Below, piece after piece: positions 12,653-27,393 of a stretch of DNA of 64,000 bases. The position numbers and the translations under genes were made by a program. Source of the DNA: Eledone cirrhosa (lineage: Eukaryota); NCBI GenBank assembly GCA_964016885.1, contig OZ024741.1:393762001-393826000 (forward strand), written 5' to 3'. The first letter of the stretch is position 1. Each line of letters starts with the position of its first letter. The notes under the pieces are model-generated. The model was not told the origin of the DNA and searched no databases. It saw nothing but the letters and a program-made list of their open reading frames with translations.

Positions 12653-12926
12653 ATAACAAGTTAACGTTATAGGTAATCCAGTTAGAGGTTGTGAGTACTC
12701 TGCGTCGTGGATAGTTTTAACGTACGGCTTTGTTTGACTCAACAAGATGTTTCCATAGTTATGCAGCGAGTTCGCTGATGTGTTGCTCAGAGGTAAATAA
12801 TGTATTGGCGATCGAGTGACGCAACTTCAAGCGATTAGCGACCTCTAGACTCACCTGATCAATGAAACAATTGTCAGTACTTGTAATAAAGCCCCTTATT
12901 GTACAGCCAAACATGTTACTCTTCAT

Positions 12927-12929
<3 letters not shown>

Positions 12930-13000
<71 letters not shown>

Positions 13001-13072
13001 TGTATGTATGTATGTATGTATGTATGTATGTATGTATGTATGTATGTATGTATGTGTGTGTGAGTGTGTGTG
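12930..13072. repeat. Compound (CT)n/(TATG)n/(TG)n microsatellite
   Basis: Direct reading. Confidence 0.95.
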
Positions 13073-13844
13073 TAAAAGGTAAACAGAAATAACAACACAA
13101 TTGGTACAGTATATATACATATACATACACAAATATCTACGTATGCACATGCGCACGCAATAAAAGTTCAAATTTCATATTGACTTAGTGATGGCACCTT
13201 TACCCCCACCCCCTGCTCCGTTAGTTTTGCCGATATCATTGTCCACGTTTGGTTTATGCCACTATCAGAGTATGCATGTATGTTTTAGTATTTTGTCTGG
13301 AGCGAATTCCGTTATAAATGGCTATTAAGTGCAAGCTCTTTTGTAATTAACAACAAAAGCTTAAAGTTTGTTTAAAAACGCAGCTAGGCCTATATTCTAA
13401 GTTATAAGGTGACAGATGGTAGTTGTTGTTGCTGGCGGTTTGTAGTATAAACTTTCCACTGAGACCGGATGCATGGCTGATGTTAGTTTCAAACAATAAC
13501 TATTTTCGTTACCAACAGCAACCATCACTTCTATGTCTACCTTTGACAAAGCAGTGTAACAGAAAGAGGAATCTATGAAAAAGAGGATAAGAGGCTGGCC
13601 ATCATTTGCTCTATCAAAATCAATATCATTAATGGCAACAGCAACAATAATGCTGGCAACAGAAGCAGCCACTACTGAGAGTACCACTTCCAATGAAACA
13701 CAAGTGCAACAACCACGCTAGTAGCACTATCAACAACATTAATATTATTAAAAATCAGCCGAAGCATGGCTAGAATAATATATGCATAATAATAATAATA
13801 ACAACAACAAGAGCAGAAGCAACAACAACAATAATAATAATAAT

Positions 13845-13917
13845 AATAATTGTTTCTATTTTTGGCACAAGGCTAACAATTATTCCAGTTCATTACTGGT
13901 ACTTTATTTTATCGACC
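13845..13917 (-). mobile_element. SINE 3' fragment in an (AAT)n tract
   Basis: Reverse of the main SINE tail. Confidence 0.7.
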
Positions 13918-13931
13918 ATAATAATAATAAT

Positions 13932-15010
13932 AAAACTGATGTACATAGGCTGTATATCTCAAGGAGAGAAGGTGGAAAGGGGCTCCGACAACTGGAAGCT
14001 GCATACATTGGATTGGATAGCTACCTCCACCACACCCGAGATGAACTTCTTAAGCCTGTACTCAAGCATGAACAAATTAAGAAACTACACTCAGTATCAA
14101 AAGAGGCAAGAAAATGTAGGCAAAACCTGAACAGGGAACAAGACGTACCCATAGAAAATCAACAACAGAGTGCTGCACAGCTAACTATGACTGTGAAGAT
14201 AAAAGTAAAGAAACTCCAAACGGAGGAACTAAACTGTGAATGGAAGGCAAAACCACTACTTGGTAGATTTCCAGAACGTCTTTCTGATAATGAAATCGAT
14301 CAGCATGGCTCACAGTCCTGGCTCTGAGGTGCTGGTTTGAAAGCAAAGACGGGGGATCTTAATTGCTGCACAAGTCCAATCTCTAAACACTCGGGCCTAT
14401 AGACACAGAATAGTGAAAGATGGGACTAGCCCTCGATGCAGAATATGCTACAAACATGAAGAAACGGTAGATAATGTTATCTCTGGGTGTCCAGAGCTGG
14501 CAAAAACCGACTATATCGAAAGACACAATCGCATTGCCAAATATGTGCACTGGATGCTCTGCCGCTCTCATGACATCCAAACTTCTGACAAATGGTATGA
14601 GCATCAACCAAAAACAGGCAGGGAAAAGGGCAACATCTCCATCTTGTGGGATATGCCTGTGATAACCGACCAAGAAATCTCTGCCAACAGACCAGATATC
14701 ATCAGAAAAAACAAAACAGATCAGACATGTAGCCTGATAGATATTTCCATACCAGCTGACAAGAATAAATCTATGAAAACAATGGAAAAACTGTCATAAT
14801 ACAACAAAGACCTGGAAATAGAGATCAAACTCATGTCTCAATGTTTTCAAAACATTATCCCTGTGGTAATAGGAGCATTAGGATAAAACCCAAATCCTCA
14901 GACCTGCATTTTAGCGTCCTTCCCAGCAAGACCAGCAAATATGAGCTACAGAAGATCGGTCTACTAGGAACAACACACATTCTCAGACGAGTTCTCTCTC
15001 TACATTGAAA
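13932..15010 (+). mobile_element. R4/Dong-like non-LTR retrotransposon, 3' part (RT thumb, CCHC, restriction-like endonuclease)
   Basis: RLYISRREGGKGL; CRIC..ETVDNVISGC; RHN; ILWD; ANRPDI; LIDISIP; IPVVIGALG; 5' end abuts (TAA)n. Confidence 0.88.
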
Positions 15011-15169
15011 ACCTCTATTGCCTGATCCCGACAATAGAGAAACAGAACTGAGCTAAACGAAATGGCACAACAACAATAATAACAATAAATAGAAATGAAA
15101 TAGACAAAGAAAACACACAAAACTGGCTCCGAAAGCTGAAACTAGCAGAAATACATAATGAAATAAAGC

Positions 15170-15580
15170 ACAATAAGTAACTAGAATATATGGAGATAGG
15201 GAAGAAACAATCAACCACATAGTCTCTGGATGCCCAGCTCTAGCCAAAAAAGGAATATGACCACAGGCATAATAGAGTTGGGACCTTGATACACTGGAAA
15301 TTATGCCAGCATTATGAAATACCAACAGAAAAAAGTTGGTACAAACACACACCAGAACAAGTGTCAGAGAATGACAAAGCAACCATTCTCTGGGATATGC
15401 CAGTACATACAGACAGAGAGAGCAGAGCCAACCGACCAGATGTTATAGTCAAAGACCACAAAAAAGAAAAATGCCTTCTAACAGACGACAATATATCTTC
15501 CAACGAAATAGAGAACCTCTCCAAATATAAAGATCAAGGGATAGAAATAACTCGAATGTGGAAAATGAAAACTGAACCAA
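15170..15580 (+). mobile_element. Second R4/Dong-like RLE fragment, interrupted at 15581
   Basis: ETINHIVSGCPALA; IHWKLCQHY; ILWDMPVHTDRESRANRPDVIV; KYKD..IEITRMW. Confidence 0.85.
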
Positions 15581-15862
15581 TCTAAACTATAATAAAGGAA
15601 GGTCTGCGGGACTGCGTACGGTTTATTTTTGTTTATCCTGTTAGTAAAATAAGTTGGATTACTTTGAATAAATAATTGTTTCTACTTTTGGCACAAGGCC
15701 AGCAATTAACCAGTACATTACTGGTACTTTATTTTATCGACCCCGTAAGGATGAAAGGCAAAGTTAACCTTGGCGGGATTTGAACTCAGATCATAAAAGG
15801 CCGTAACTCTATGCCGCAAAGCATGTTGTTCGACACTCTACCGATACTGCCAATCCACCGCC
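15581..15862 (+). mobile_element. Helitron-type 5' end fused to an antisense SINE (composite, copy 1)
   Basis: A|TCTAAACTATAATAAAG start, about 90 bp leader, then minus-strand SINE at 15670-15862; same leader and junction at 36757. Confidence 0.7.
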
Positions 15863-16027
15863 CTGCCGTTATAATGGAAATAATAATAATAATAATAATA
15901 TTAATAATGAATCGAAGATTATTAATAATATTTTAATAATATCTTTATTATTATTATTCACTCACGAATGCATTTACGTATCTGCTATGTTAGAGAGAAA
16001 ACAAATTTTGTTTTCAATAATAATAAT

Positions 16028-17856
16028 GCTTTCTTTATTAACCACAAATGGGCTTACAAAAGATACATTAAGAACAGCACAAGACGGTACAAATATGGGT
16101 TTCTGCGTGTAAGAAAAACAAAACAAAAGGAAACAAAAACAATGGATGTAACAAAAAAATGAAAACAAAGGAAAAATCCAAAATAGGAGGGAGACCACGG
16201 AGAGTTACTCGCAGAGAAAGCCTACAAAAGCCACGGTCACCCTGACCGCTAGAGAAAAAAGCCCTCTCCCAGTTGTCCTCCTTCAATACTAAACGCACAC
16301 GCTCAGAGCAGGCCTATTCACACGGGCCATTCTTGCCTCTCCCACCCACCTTTCAACAAACTGACTGAAAGGCAGCACTTCCCTCTCCACCCTGATTTTC
16401 CTTTTCAGGTAAAACCTGAAAAAGTTAATGAGTGCGTCGACGAAGAGGAAAGTGCCCGTCTTCAACCCTTTTGGACGCACATCCACCATACGACCTCTTT
16501 CACCATGGCCACCAGGCAGATACAAACTGCCTGTCCCTTCTGGTTTAATGAAGGCGGCGTGGCCATCTTCACGATGGACTCAGCTGGCAACAGGATCCGT
16601 CCTACACGCAACAGCAGATGTTCGACATAAACTCACAAGACAGCGATGCTGGAAGCGTACGTGCAGGACGGTCCCGTCGCCCCACGTGCATCTCGGATAA
16701 GCCTGGCTGACGGTACTTTCATGCGTAAAGTTTATCTCGAACTGGCACCACTCCCGAGTAGCACTGCCAGGTCATGGACAGAAAGTCCTCTAGAAGATAA
16801 TAGCTAACTTATTCGACGCTCAGTTTCTCCAAGGATGTCATCACACTAGCCCTGCACTAACCCTCTATAGAAAGCCAAGATCAAGTTTCCACCGATCGTA
16901 GTGTCTGATTGGCAAAGGGCAGTGAGCGCTTGGAGAAATTCCAGTTTCTGAGCGCTCTCTCCCGGTCTTCGCTTGACCCAGGACTGCAGCTCCGCCAAGG
17001 AGACGAGCTGGGGGAAAATGCGTCTAGCAAAGGCGACCACACCTGTTCACCGTCGAGGAAGAGGTGGAGATGTCGTAGCCTGAGCGCATGTTTGCGCATC
17101 ATCAGCCACGGCATGCCCAGCCCTCCACGAAGCGGGTGTTGACAGCAAATGAACCTCCCGACCATCGGAGTGCCCCCCACCTTCCACAAAAAGCGAAACA
17201 GTAAACGCTCCAGTGCATTCAGACAAAGCTTAGGACAAGGCACAACAGTCAGGCGGTAGTAGATGACGGACACGATGTACGCGTTCGCTACCCCCGCCCG
17301 ACCTTTCAGGGATAGTTTTCTCTCGGCCCATTTCTAGGTGAGAGGCTACCCTGCTCGTCACCTCGTCCCAGTTTTTGTCCGTCTGGAGGCAATTTAACCG
17401 GTCCGTCCAGCAACTGACGACGCTGTTGGATGGTTTGGACCTACTTCCCCAGGTGCTGATCCGCAGGCCCACCGACGTTTCCTGGTAAATCATTGCTCTA
17501 GTCACCGCCTCGTATTCTCTTAGAGTAGTGCCGATCACCTCGATGATTTTCGTGTTTGTTCAGCAGCAGTTATCGGCTTTTCACAGCACTCCACTTCGGT
17601 CGCCGAGATCGGCGGCAGGGTCTACAGTCCATTTCGCGATCCGATCCGCCACTACTTCCGAACAGTTGAGCGAAGTGCCGCTGAAAAGTCGCACACATTT
17701 GCCCGAGATCGAGTAATACGTGCCCCCTCATGGTCATCCAAAGACCGGATCGTGGCTTTGTTGAAACGCCGCGCCTCCGCCATCTGGGTCCATTGAATGC
17801 CTTCCAGTAGCCGAGCCCTTGTCTAAGTAAACTATCTAGGTGGACCACGCAGATCA
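16028..17856 (-). mobile_element. Tx1/L1-clade LINE, internally deleted
   Basis: YYRLTVVPCP..LERLLFRFLWK..GGLGMP (post-RT region); GC-rich; AATAAA near the 3' end; flanked by CAATAATAATAAT on both sides. Confidence 0.8.
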
Positions 17857-17857
17857 C

Positions 17858-17869
17858 AATAATAATAAT

Positions 17870-17910
<41 letters not shown>
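17858..17910. repeat. (AAT)n(AGC)n microsatellite
   Basis: Direct reading. Confidence 0.95.
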
Positions 17911-17911
<1 letters not shown>

Positions 17912-18287
17912 ATAAAGCGATCTTTTAGGATAGGATTCGCTCTTGTAAGTTCAATGATTTCCACATCTCCAAAACGCTTATTTTGATATAATTCTTGTTA
18001 CGAGGGTGACATAAGGCAATCGAGAAATGAGACTATAATATTTGGGCCTTAGGCACTAATATTTAATTTAAATTTTTAAACTTGCACTCCACAAATATTT
18101 TTTGCAAATAGAGAGCACCCACCCCCTCGCCTCTTCGTCCATTGAACAGGACAGCCAATCTTTCATAAAAATCAAAACGAATAGTTTGAATTTTGTGTAA
18201 GAAATCATATTGGTCAGCTGATATATTCCCTAGAGACTGGCAGCACACCAACAAACCGATCCCCCAGATAAAAAAAATGTGTGAGTG

Positions 18288-18289
<2 letters not shown>

Positions 18290-18332
<43 letters not shown>

Positions 18333-18345
18333 TGTGGTGTGGTGT

Positions 18346-18405
<60 letters not shown>

Positions 18406-18420
18406 CGCGCGCGCGCGCGC
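18290..18420. repeat. (TG)n/(GTG)/(CG)n microsatellite
   Basis: Direct reading. Confidence 0.95.
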
Positions 18421-18539
18421 GGCAAAAAGTATTATTGGGGGAAAAAAACACAACCACAACAACAATGACAACACCAACAGCTAAAACAAATTATTACAAC
18501 ACCAACTCTACTTCCACCCCACTATATCATCACCGAAAA

Positions 18540-20000
18540 AATACCAACAACGAATGTATAAAATATGGAGATAAAGAGGTTTGTTTTAATTCAGAGGTTA
18601 TGTGACTAATAAGAAAAAATCACTGGTTCACAGAAGTGGAATTTGAAACTATCAAAAGACGGATATTATGAAACATCAGTGAAATAACTGGTGTAGATGA
18701 AGGTCTAACTGAGGAAACGGAAACTATAGTAGAGGACAAGGGTGAAGAGATTTCTGGTATCCCACAGAAACAGAGTAGAGATGTTCTCTCTGGTGAGAGA
18801 AATGTAGATGGCATGGAAGACAATAATGACATAAACATGACAGGTGAACAGAAGGCAATGTATGACAGAATAGCCAGAAAAAAGACTTGACTAGATGGAG
18901 TTCAAGACTACTGGATCAAAAGATTTAGTCAATGTCATGAATGAATAACTGAACAACTCAACATATTGCTAAATGCTGATTAAATGATACCGGAGTGGCT
19001 AACAAAGGGTAGGACAGCTTTGTGCTTAAAAGATATCACTAAAGGAATGTGGTAGACAACTATAGACTAATAACATGCCTACCACTTATATGGAAATTAA
19101 TGACTGGAATAATCACAGAATCCATGTATGGACATCTTGCAGAAAATGGAGTTCTACCAGATGAACAGAAAGGGTGCAAGTATAAGTGCAGAGGTACAAA
19201 GGACTCGCTTTTGATAGATAAAACAATACTTAAGGATAGTAAGAGGAGGAAAACCAACTCGACCGTGGCGTGGATCGATTACCGCAAAGGCTTTGACAAG
19301 ATTTCGGACTCTTGGATTATGAAATGCATTAACTTATTTGGTATTGCATCAAATGTTGAGCGATTCTCAAGGAAAAGTATGAAAGAGTTGTAGACTGAAC
19401 TGACAGCATATGGAAGAAATTTAGGAACAATAGAAATCAAGAGAGATATATTCCAAGGTGACTGCCTGTCACCACTGATGTTTGTACTGTGCAGGATACA
19501 ACTGACAATGATTTTGAGAAAAGCTAAGTCTGGATAGGAATTTAAAGGTCACCAGCAAAAAATCAACCACTTATTATTCATGGATGACCTCAAGCTTTGT
19601 AGATTGGTTCCCTCGTTGATACGGTATATACATTTAGTGATAACATCAGAATAGAGTTCGGATTAAAATTGAACAGAGGTAAAATCAAAAACATTAAAAG
19701 ACAAGAAAGATATTGACTAAACATTTCACCCAATGAGCGACACAGACAGATTATGTGTACTAAGAAAAAGAAGTGGATGAAGACCGATGGGGTGCAAAGA
19801 GAGCGTAAGAACAAAAGAAAATAACATGGCGTAATACATAGACACCAATAATAATTTGAGTCTTGGGAACAGTGAGTAGAACATTTGAGAAGTACATCAA
19901 ACAAATAAGGGTTGCAATACGGATGGAACAGCTCGAATACTCCAGAGGGTACTGAACAGGTAACACTATAATACATTCCCAGCATTAGAAACTGAGCGAA
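18540..20000 (+). mobile_element. R4/Dong-like non-LTR retrotransposon RT relic with internal deletions
   Basis: [13 protein letters not shown]; EQKGC..RGTKD; [10 protein letters not shown]; IFQGDCLSPL; NHLLFMDDLKL; ends in (AAT)n. Confidence 0.88.
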
Positions 20001-20024
20001 GAAATAATAATAATAATAATAGTA

Positions 20025-20145
20025 GTAATTGTTTCTACTTTAGGCACAAGGCCAGCAATTATACCAGTGTATTACTGGTACTTTATTTTATCGACCCCGT
20101 AAGGATGAAAGGCAAAGTTAACCTCGGCGGGATTTGAACTCAGAC
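20025..20145 (-). mobile_element. SINE, 5'-truncated
   Basis: Reverse complement of the main SINE. Confidence 0.85.
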
Positions 20146-21169
20146 CATAATAATAATAGTAATAATAAAGAGAAAGAAAAAGCTCTCTCGCACGAGGAAT
20201 AGACAGTTGAGTAACCTTTAGTCTTATTCAAAATGAAGAAACTTTATTGCCAAAAGAACTCTTTGAAAAAAAGTTATAGAAAACAATTATATAGAAGAAA
20301 GCATGGCAATTTTTTTTAAATTGCAGATGAGACAACAGAAGGGACATCAAGAAATATACTACGCTTGTTGGGTACACATCTACCCATATCCTCTGCATTC
20401 AGAAGGAGTTTCTTATAATTTGCTATGACCTGTAAACGCCAATGTGCTAGCAGAAATTATGGAAAGATTTTTGGAAAGAGGATAAGTTTTTGGCTGTATA
20501 TAATGAAGAACTGATGTAGTGTAATAATAAAACGTCAGACGATGAAACCCCAAAGATACAACACCTATCCTATACACGTCCACCTTCTCGGACTTTAAAG
20601 AAATAAACGTTTTACTGAAGCTAATCATAGGGAATGCTTACGAGAAAGCAGTACTGGCTTGCTACTAGACACCTAGGTTTCATGTGTAGGGCACTTGGAC
20701 GCGAACATTGAGTGGGTAGTGAAGGCTGATATCATCTCCACATGAGTAGATGTTGTAGGGGGAGGCATGTAAGTCGTCTATGTAGAGAAGGATAACATTG
20801 AACCTTCCAATACACCAGAGTTGATAGAATGTGGGTCAGAAAGAGAAAGATAAGATATTTTCACGCCACACACACCCGATTGCTTTCCAGTTGCCATGTA
20901 TTACAATATTGTTTTTATCGAACTTTATTTAAGATAACAGTTCACTGTTGTGTAAAATGTTGTCTCTATCACGTTAGAAATGTTTGAAGTCAGAGCGATA
21001 AATTGTTAGTTGGTGGTGTCAGTTGATATTGGCGAATAAGAAACATTATTGCGAGTTCCCAAGGATAAGGATAGATCCCTAAAGAGATATAGAGGGGAGA
21101 GGAGAGAGACAGAAAGAGAGAGATTGAGGAGGGGGTAGAGAGAGTGGATTGGCCTTGTTACATATGGTA

Positions 21170-21295
21170 ACGCTAATTCTGCCTGAAAATTATGTTAGGG
21201 TAGATTCGTTTATGGAATACACAGACACTTACACGTTAATTTAACGAGTAGGTAGTTCATTCGATCGAACAACTGAATACTCATCGTCAAAACCT
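21170..21295 (-). mobile_element. Second SINE-like family copy
   Basis: Matches 57760-57882. Confidence 0.55.
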
Positions 21296-21379
21296 TGGTT
21301 GATCTATTTCTGTTTATAAAGATCATGGTTGGGAAGTACGAGGGAAAAAGGATTCTGTCAATTTTGTATAAATTCAAAT

Positions 21380-22550
21380 GATAGGGAACAGAAGAGAAAT
21401 CGTTTGCGTTTCAGATGAGGGTGTTACCAAAAAAGGATTGTTAGTAAAAACCGTCCAGTTAATAGATATGGGTGATACTTGCCAAGCGTTACATGCTGTG
21501 GCTACATGTTCATTTGTGTAAATTTGAATCTGAGTTAGATATGAGTTACTCTGAGGAGTTTTAGCCAACAGATTTCTTGTCCCTGATGAATCAAAGGTGA
21601 AGCACATGCACTGTTAGAGATATTTAGCATAGAAGTGGCGTATTATAGGGTCTGAGAGGTGAGATTTATGTGCGTAGTAAGTGATTGTATTGTTAGTAGT
21701 CATGATAAAACAGTGATCTAAGGACCCAATGTGATGTTTTGGTATGAAGTAGGTTTGGATATAAGATCAATATAAAATGTGTTAGGAGTGCCCGAAGTGA
21801 GTCGGAGATGCAGTCAGAAACATGAAACTAACTATTTCAAAAGCTTCAGTATGGTATAAGTGACGGGAAGACTTGAGGCGGGTTTTAAATGACAAGAGCC
21901 GCCGTGACAGAAGTACTATTCTTGAGAATGTATGGGTTATAAAGACAAATAGAGTCAGTAATTTAACATCACTATCAATTGATGGAAGTTTGAGATTTGC
22001 TGATGAGAGGACTATCAGATATCTTACATCAGACTTCTGGAAATGGGCATAATAAACTTATAGATTTTACAGAGTATCTAGGGTGCTGGGAGTTCACCGC
22101 TTCGTTTACAATGCGGAAAGCGTATAGACTAAAGTAATTTTGGCAGGACCTTTTATCAATAATTATTTGACAATCCCCCACCCCCACCTTCAGTAAATAT
22201 CGAATTTAAACCCATCAAATATATATTATGATATATGATGAATGTGTTAATAAACAATCATGCAACAATCTGTTAGATTCACCAAGGGTCGAGCGATAAA
22301 GTAAAAGGATAAGGATAGTATGATGCAGTATAGATGCGAGATAAATTAAGTTTTTACAAAGGTCAGCTAGATTACACGGATGTGTAGCCAGACAGAGAAG
22401 TCGTTGGTGAGTATAAGACAAGGCATTCGCTTTGCTTTGGTCGGAGCCGCTTGCTGGGTTTCGTGAAAGGAATGCAGTAGAAAGAAGAATCAATGAAAAG
22501 AGGGTAGGATGCTGCTTAACACTTGCCTTATTAAAATCAATATTATTAAT
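21380..22550 (-). mobile_element. Highly decayed LINE-like (possibly CR1/L2) RT remnant
   Basis: Only faint RT-like patches on the minus strand; family uncertain. Confidence 0.3.
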
Positions 22551-23704
22551 GGTAACTTCAATAAGACGATAAAAACTGCTCTGTCAATAAAAGTAGCTGC
22601 AATAACATATCCGACAATAGCTGCAGCATCTGCAAAGCAGTACTATCAACAACGATAACAACAACAATAACAGTAACAAGAAAGACATCAGCAAAAATAG
22701 AACGAAAAATATGAGGCATGAAGTTGTTAGTTGTACTTTGGTGGGAAAGGGGAGCAATTTAACAATAAAATAACATTGCGGTCTCTGTTAACCAATATAG
22801 GCGAAGTGTAGATAGGTAACAATAGATTTTAAATGATAGTCTACTATGAGAAGATAAACGGAGGAGGCTGGAAGCAATGCTTATTGAAAGGAAACGGTCT
22901 AAATAGTGAATATGGGCGTTGGCACACTGGAAGAAATGTTAGTGAGTTCAGATATACCTCAACATGTACATAAGCATGACAAATATAGTATTTACATGAT
23001 GAATAAAGATTAAGTCGTTGAAAACGTAGGGTTTTACAAAAACAATGCTGGACATATGAAGTTAAACGTTTGTAACTAAAACTTCATCTCAAAAATGTTG
23101 TCATATAACTCTTATTTCTATATGGCAATCTATTTTCAATTAATATTATTTACTTGAAATTCTAGGGTGATCTTCCTAAACTTTCTTGACCAGATTTAAT
23201 TATTATGGTAATGATTTTTGTTTGCTCGTCACCATAGGTGTAATTTTACTTAATTAAAATTTGTTTGGTGACTTCATTAAGTGTGCCAGTCCCCATTTTA
23301 CGATTTGTTTTTCCTACAAGTGTCTTTGGGCATTTTCCGTCATTTTTTAGATTTATCACATCATTCAATGTTCTTACACTAAAATCCCATATCTTCTATA
23401 GCTATTCTAAGATCTAGCAATAATGGTTAGACCATGAAATCTTTAATAAGACCGAATCATATCTGGAGTTGTCACCATACTGATCGGTCTCACTTTCATT
23501 GCATTCTATTTTTAATTAATTTTAATTGATATAAATACCGAGGTGATCTGCCCTACTATCTTAATGATACTGATTTTGTTCTCATCTCTACATGCCTAAT
23601 TGTCGGCAAATATATGGTAAAGAATTCCTAACAAGGACTGAACATAATAGAATCAAATTCCTATTGTCACTGCCACCGTCTCTCTTGCGCTCCCCATCTC
23701 TCAC

Positions 23705-23885
23705 TGCAGTATCGGTAGAGGGTCGGACGCCATGCTTTGCAGCAGAGAGTTGCGCCCCTTTACGATCCGAGTTCCAATCCCGCCGAGGTAAATTTTGCCT
23801 TTCATCCTTACGGGGTCGATAAAATAAAGTACCAGTAATGTACTGGGATAATTGCTGTCCTTCTGTCAAGAGTAGGAACAATTAT
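23705..23885 (+). mobile_element. SINE, main family
   Basis: GCAGTATCGGTAGAGGGTCGGACGCCATGC...GGGGTCGATAAAATAAAGTACCAG. Confidence 0.85.
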
Positions 23886-25968
23886 TATAAGCAACTGGGG
23901 ATCCATGCAGTGGCCGCTCCACGGCCCCAGCAGACAGAATAGACTAATTATAATTTATCAAAAGTTCTTCACTCACTTTGTTAAGTATGTTACTACCAGA
24001 TATACTATTTATCTTTTACTTACATTTTGAACTCCGGTCGGAAGCATTCATAGTCATGCGTGTCAGATAGATTGCACTAGAGAAAAAAATAAGCGATCAA
24101 GTGAACTGTAATTGAATAAAGTTAATAGCTAAGAGGTTGACTTGTGTTTGAGCGCGTTATCAGTCTCGCACAAGCTTAATTCATTGTAGGTCTATTCAGT
24201 AAACCTCTACCTCTTGGGATACACTCGAAAGAAAGTAAGAATTAGGCCTTGATATGGTAAGACTATCTATAATCAATGCCAGTCGAATACGGTATATTAG
24301 ATTGATCTTTAATAACTGGCAGCTAATCGCATCGTACATATCTTTGTGTTGGGCCGTTATATTTTACAGCTGCATTTACTTAAAGCTTATTCCGATAATA
24401 AAAATATATACTGTGCCTCGAGTGTTAACTTTCAAAAGTAACCGTTATGAGGACGGCGGTATGTATAAAAAGGGATAGTTATGGTGGGAATAACGGAATG
24501 TAAAAGTAACTGAGAAACCCCCTGACTAGTCCGTGTTTGTCAACGCTTGTCGATGTGCTGAAGTTAATAAAACCTGTTCTAGATCTGGTTTGGGTCTCCA
24601 CATGGGTACCAAAGAGATATCGATTTGGTAGATGAGATAACCCTTACATAGTTGTGTATTGTTCCAACCAAAATGGTATGAAAGGACAACATTCTTTTAA
24701 TTACAGGGTCTATTTTCTATCATGCAGATACCCGGGATGCCTTGGAATCCTATGTGTAGAGTTGGAACGGAATTGGTATACCTATCGCTTTTGCTTTACA
24801 AGGTTCAAATTAATAATATTGAAGCTACTGTTACTAGATTCTTTTCATTCGTTCATATATTGCTCTTGGAAGAGTGCCAAGCAAGTAGTAAAGTTTAATA
24901 AAACACAACATCTTTTTGTAAGTTTGGTCTCATTCTATTATTGATTTTCTGTGATTAGAGCTAGCTTTAGTATAGCAATTATCAGTACATCACCATCTGT
25001 TGTATTTCTAGATAAATAGTTGTTTGATTCTATTTATCCTTGACATACAATTAGAATAGCGTTCATATTACTTTTATATGATGTTACTACTGAAAATAGT
25101 AAAAAAGATTAAAGTTTATTTCTGATTTAGGGTCCGCCATGTAATTTCGAAGGACCTTTAGAATCGTAAAGCAAGTTATTGACGTTGGTGCCGTTTAGTT
25201 CTAAGTCAACCTCGATCGAACAGATCTATTATGAAAGGTGTTCTAGCAATGACCATCCTGCACAGAGATTTCTAGGACTACATTGGCCAGCCTGTCCGTT
25301 TTAAGGAAGATATATGGGTTTCGAGGGAGCTTTGACTGCTATTTCTAACTGTTTGAGCGTTTACGTAGATGCTGACACAAATATTCTCAGTATGCACTCA
25401 TTATATATCTCCTAACAACTTATCTCTCTCTCTTTCTGTCTGTCTCTCTGTCTGGCTGCCTGTCTGTTTGTCTGTCAGTCTCTCTCTCTCACACACACAC
25501 TCTCTCTCTCTCTCTCTCTTTCTCTTTCGAGCGGGAATATTTACATTTCGATCCTATTGTCACGTAAATTTCTGAACTTGTAGCCAATCGGTTGACGCTT
25601 AGGGATTTCAGTTACTAATGTACAACTGTGTTGCTATAGCCGACACGGACTGGAATTGAATTCTGTCGATCGATTGGTTATTGATTAGGCGGAACCCGCT
25701 GATGAAGCCATATGCGCCGATTGTGCATTGTTGCATAATAAATGCAGACAGTAGATGCTGTGCACTCTATTGCTGCATTAAGTGTGGCCGAAAGTCGAGT
25801 ACAGGTATAAATTTGAGGTACCCATTTACATGTTGTATTGAAGCAAATAACTTTGTGTCTACTCTGGGATTTTACATCACATTACCTATTGAGTACACTG
25901 AGATGCACCTGATACTAGCAGTGAAACACATGCTAGATCCGCCAATTAATTATTATATCTATCTATCT

Positions 25969-25982
25969 CTATATATATATAA

Positions 25983-26019
<37 letters not shown>

Positions 26020-26048
26020 TATATATATATATATATATATATATATAA

Positions 26049-26115
<67 letters not shown>

Positions 26116-26194
26116 TATATATATATATATATATATATATAAGTATATATATATATATATATATAAGTATATATATATATATATATATATATAA

Positions 26195-26231
<37 letters not shown>

Positions 26232-26558
26232 TATATATATATATAAGTATATATATATAAGTATATATATATATATATAAGTATATATATATATATATAA
26301 GTATATATATATAAGTATATATATATATATATAAGTATATATATATAAGTATATATATATATATATAAGTATATATATATATATATAAGTATATATATAT
26401 ATATATAAGTATATACAATATTAAATAAATGGAAAACTATATTTATAAAACCATATTTATTTCATTATATATATTTCGGGGATATCATATTAACAATATG
26501 CTATGCCTTCATCAGACAAAATACAATATATATAAGTATATATATATATATATATATA

Positions 26559-26604
<46 letters not shown>

Positions 26605-26673
26605 TATATATATATATAAGTATATATATATATAAGTATATATATATATAAGTATATATATATATATATATAA

Positions 26674-26708
<35 letters not shown>

Positions 26709-26739
26709 TATATATATATATAAGTATATATATATATAA

Positions 26740-26772
<33 letters not shown>

Positions 26773-26801
26773 TATATATATATATATATATATATATATA
26801 A

Positions 26802-26840
<39 letters not shown>

Positions 26841-26863
26841 TATATATATATATATATATATAA

Positions 26864-26925
<62 letters not shown>

Positions 26926-26992
26926 TTATATATATATATATATATAAGTATATATATATATATATATATCAGACAAAATACAATATATATAA

Positions 26993-27025
<33 letters not shown>

Positions 27026-27062
27026 TATATATATATATAAGTATATATATATATATATATAA

Positions 27063-27095
<33 letters not shown>

Positions 27096-27126
27096 TATAT
27101 ATATATATAAGTATATATATATATAA

Positions 27127-27163
<37 letters not shown>

Positions 27164-27190
27164 TATATATATATATATATATATATATAA

Positions 27191-27261
<71 letters not shown>

Positions 27262-27350
27262 TATATATATATAAGTATATATATATAAGTATATATATAT
27301 ATATATATAAGTATATATATATATATATAAGTATATATATATATATATAA

Positions 27351-27393
<43 letters not shown>

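Noticed and set aside
21583-21610. CTGATGA...GAAG
   Set aside because: Second box mutated and stems unsupported
23250-23510. Possible mariner transposase remnant on the minus strand (RPISMVTTPD)
   Set aside because: Too degenerate to support
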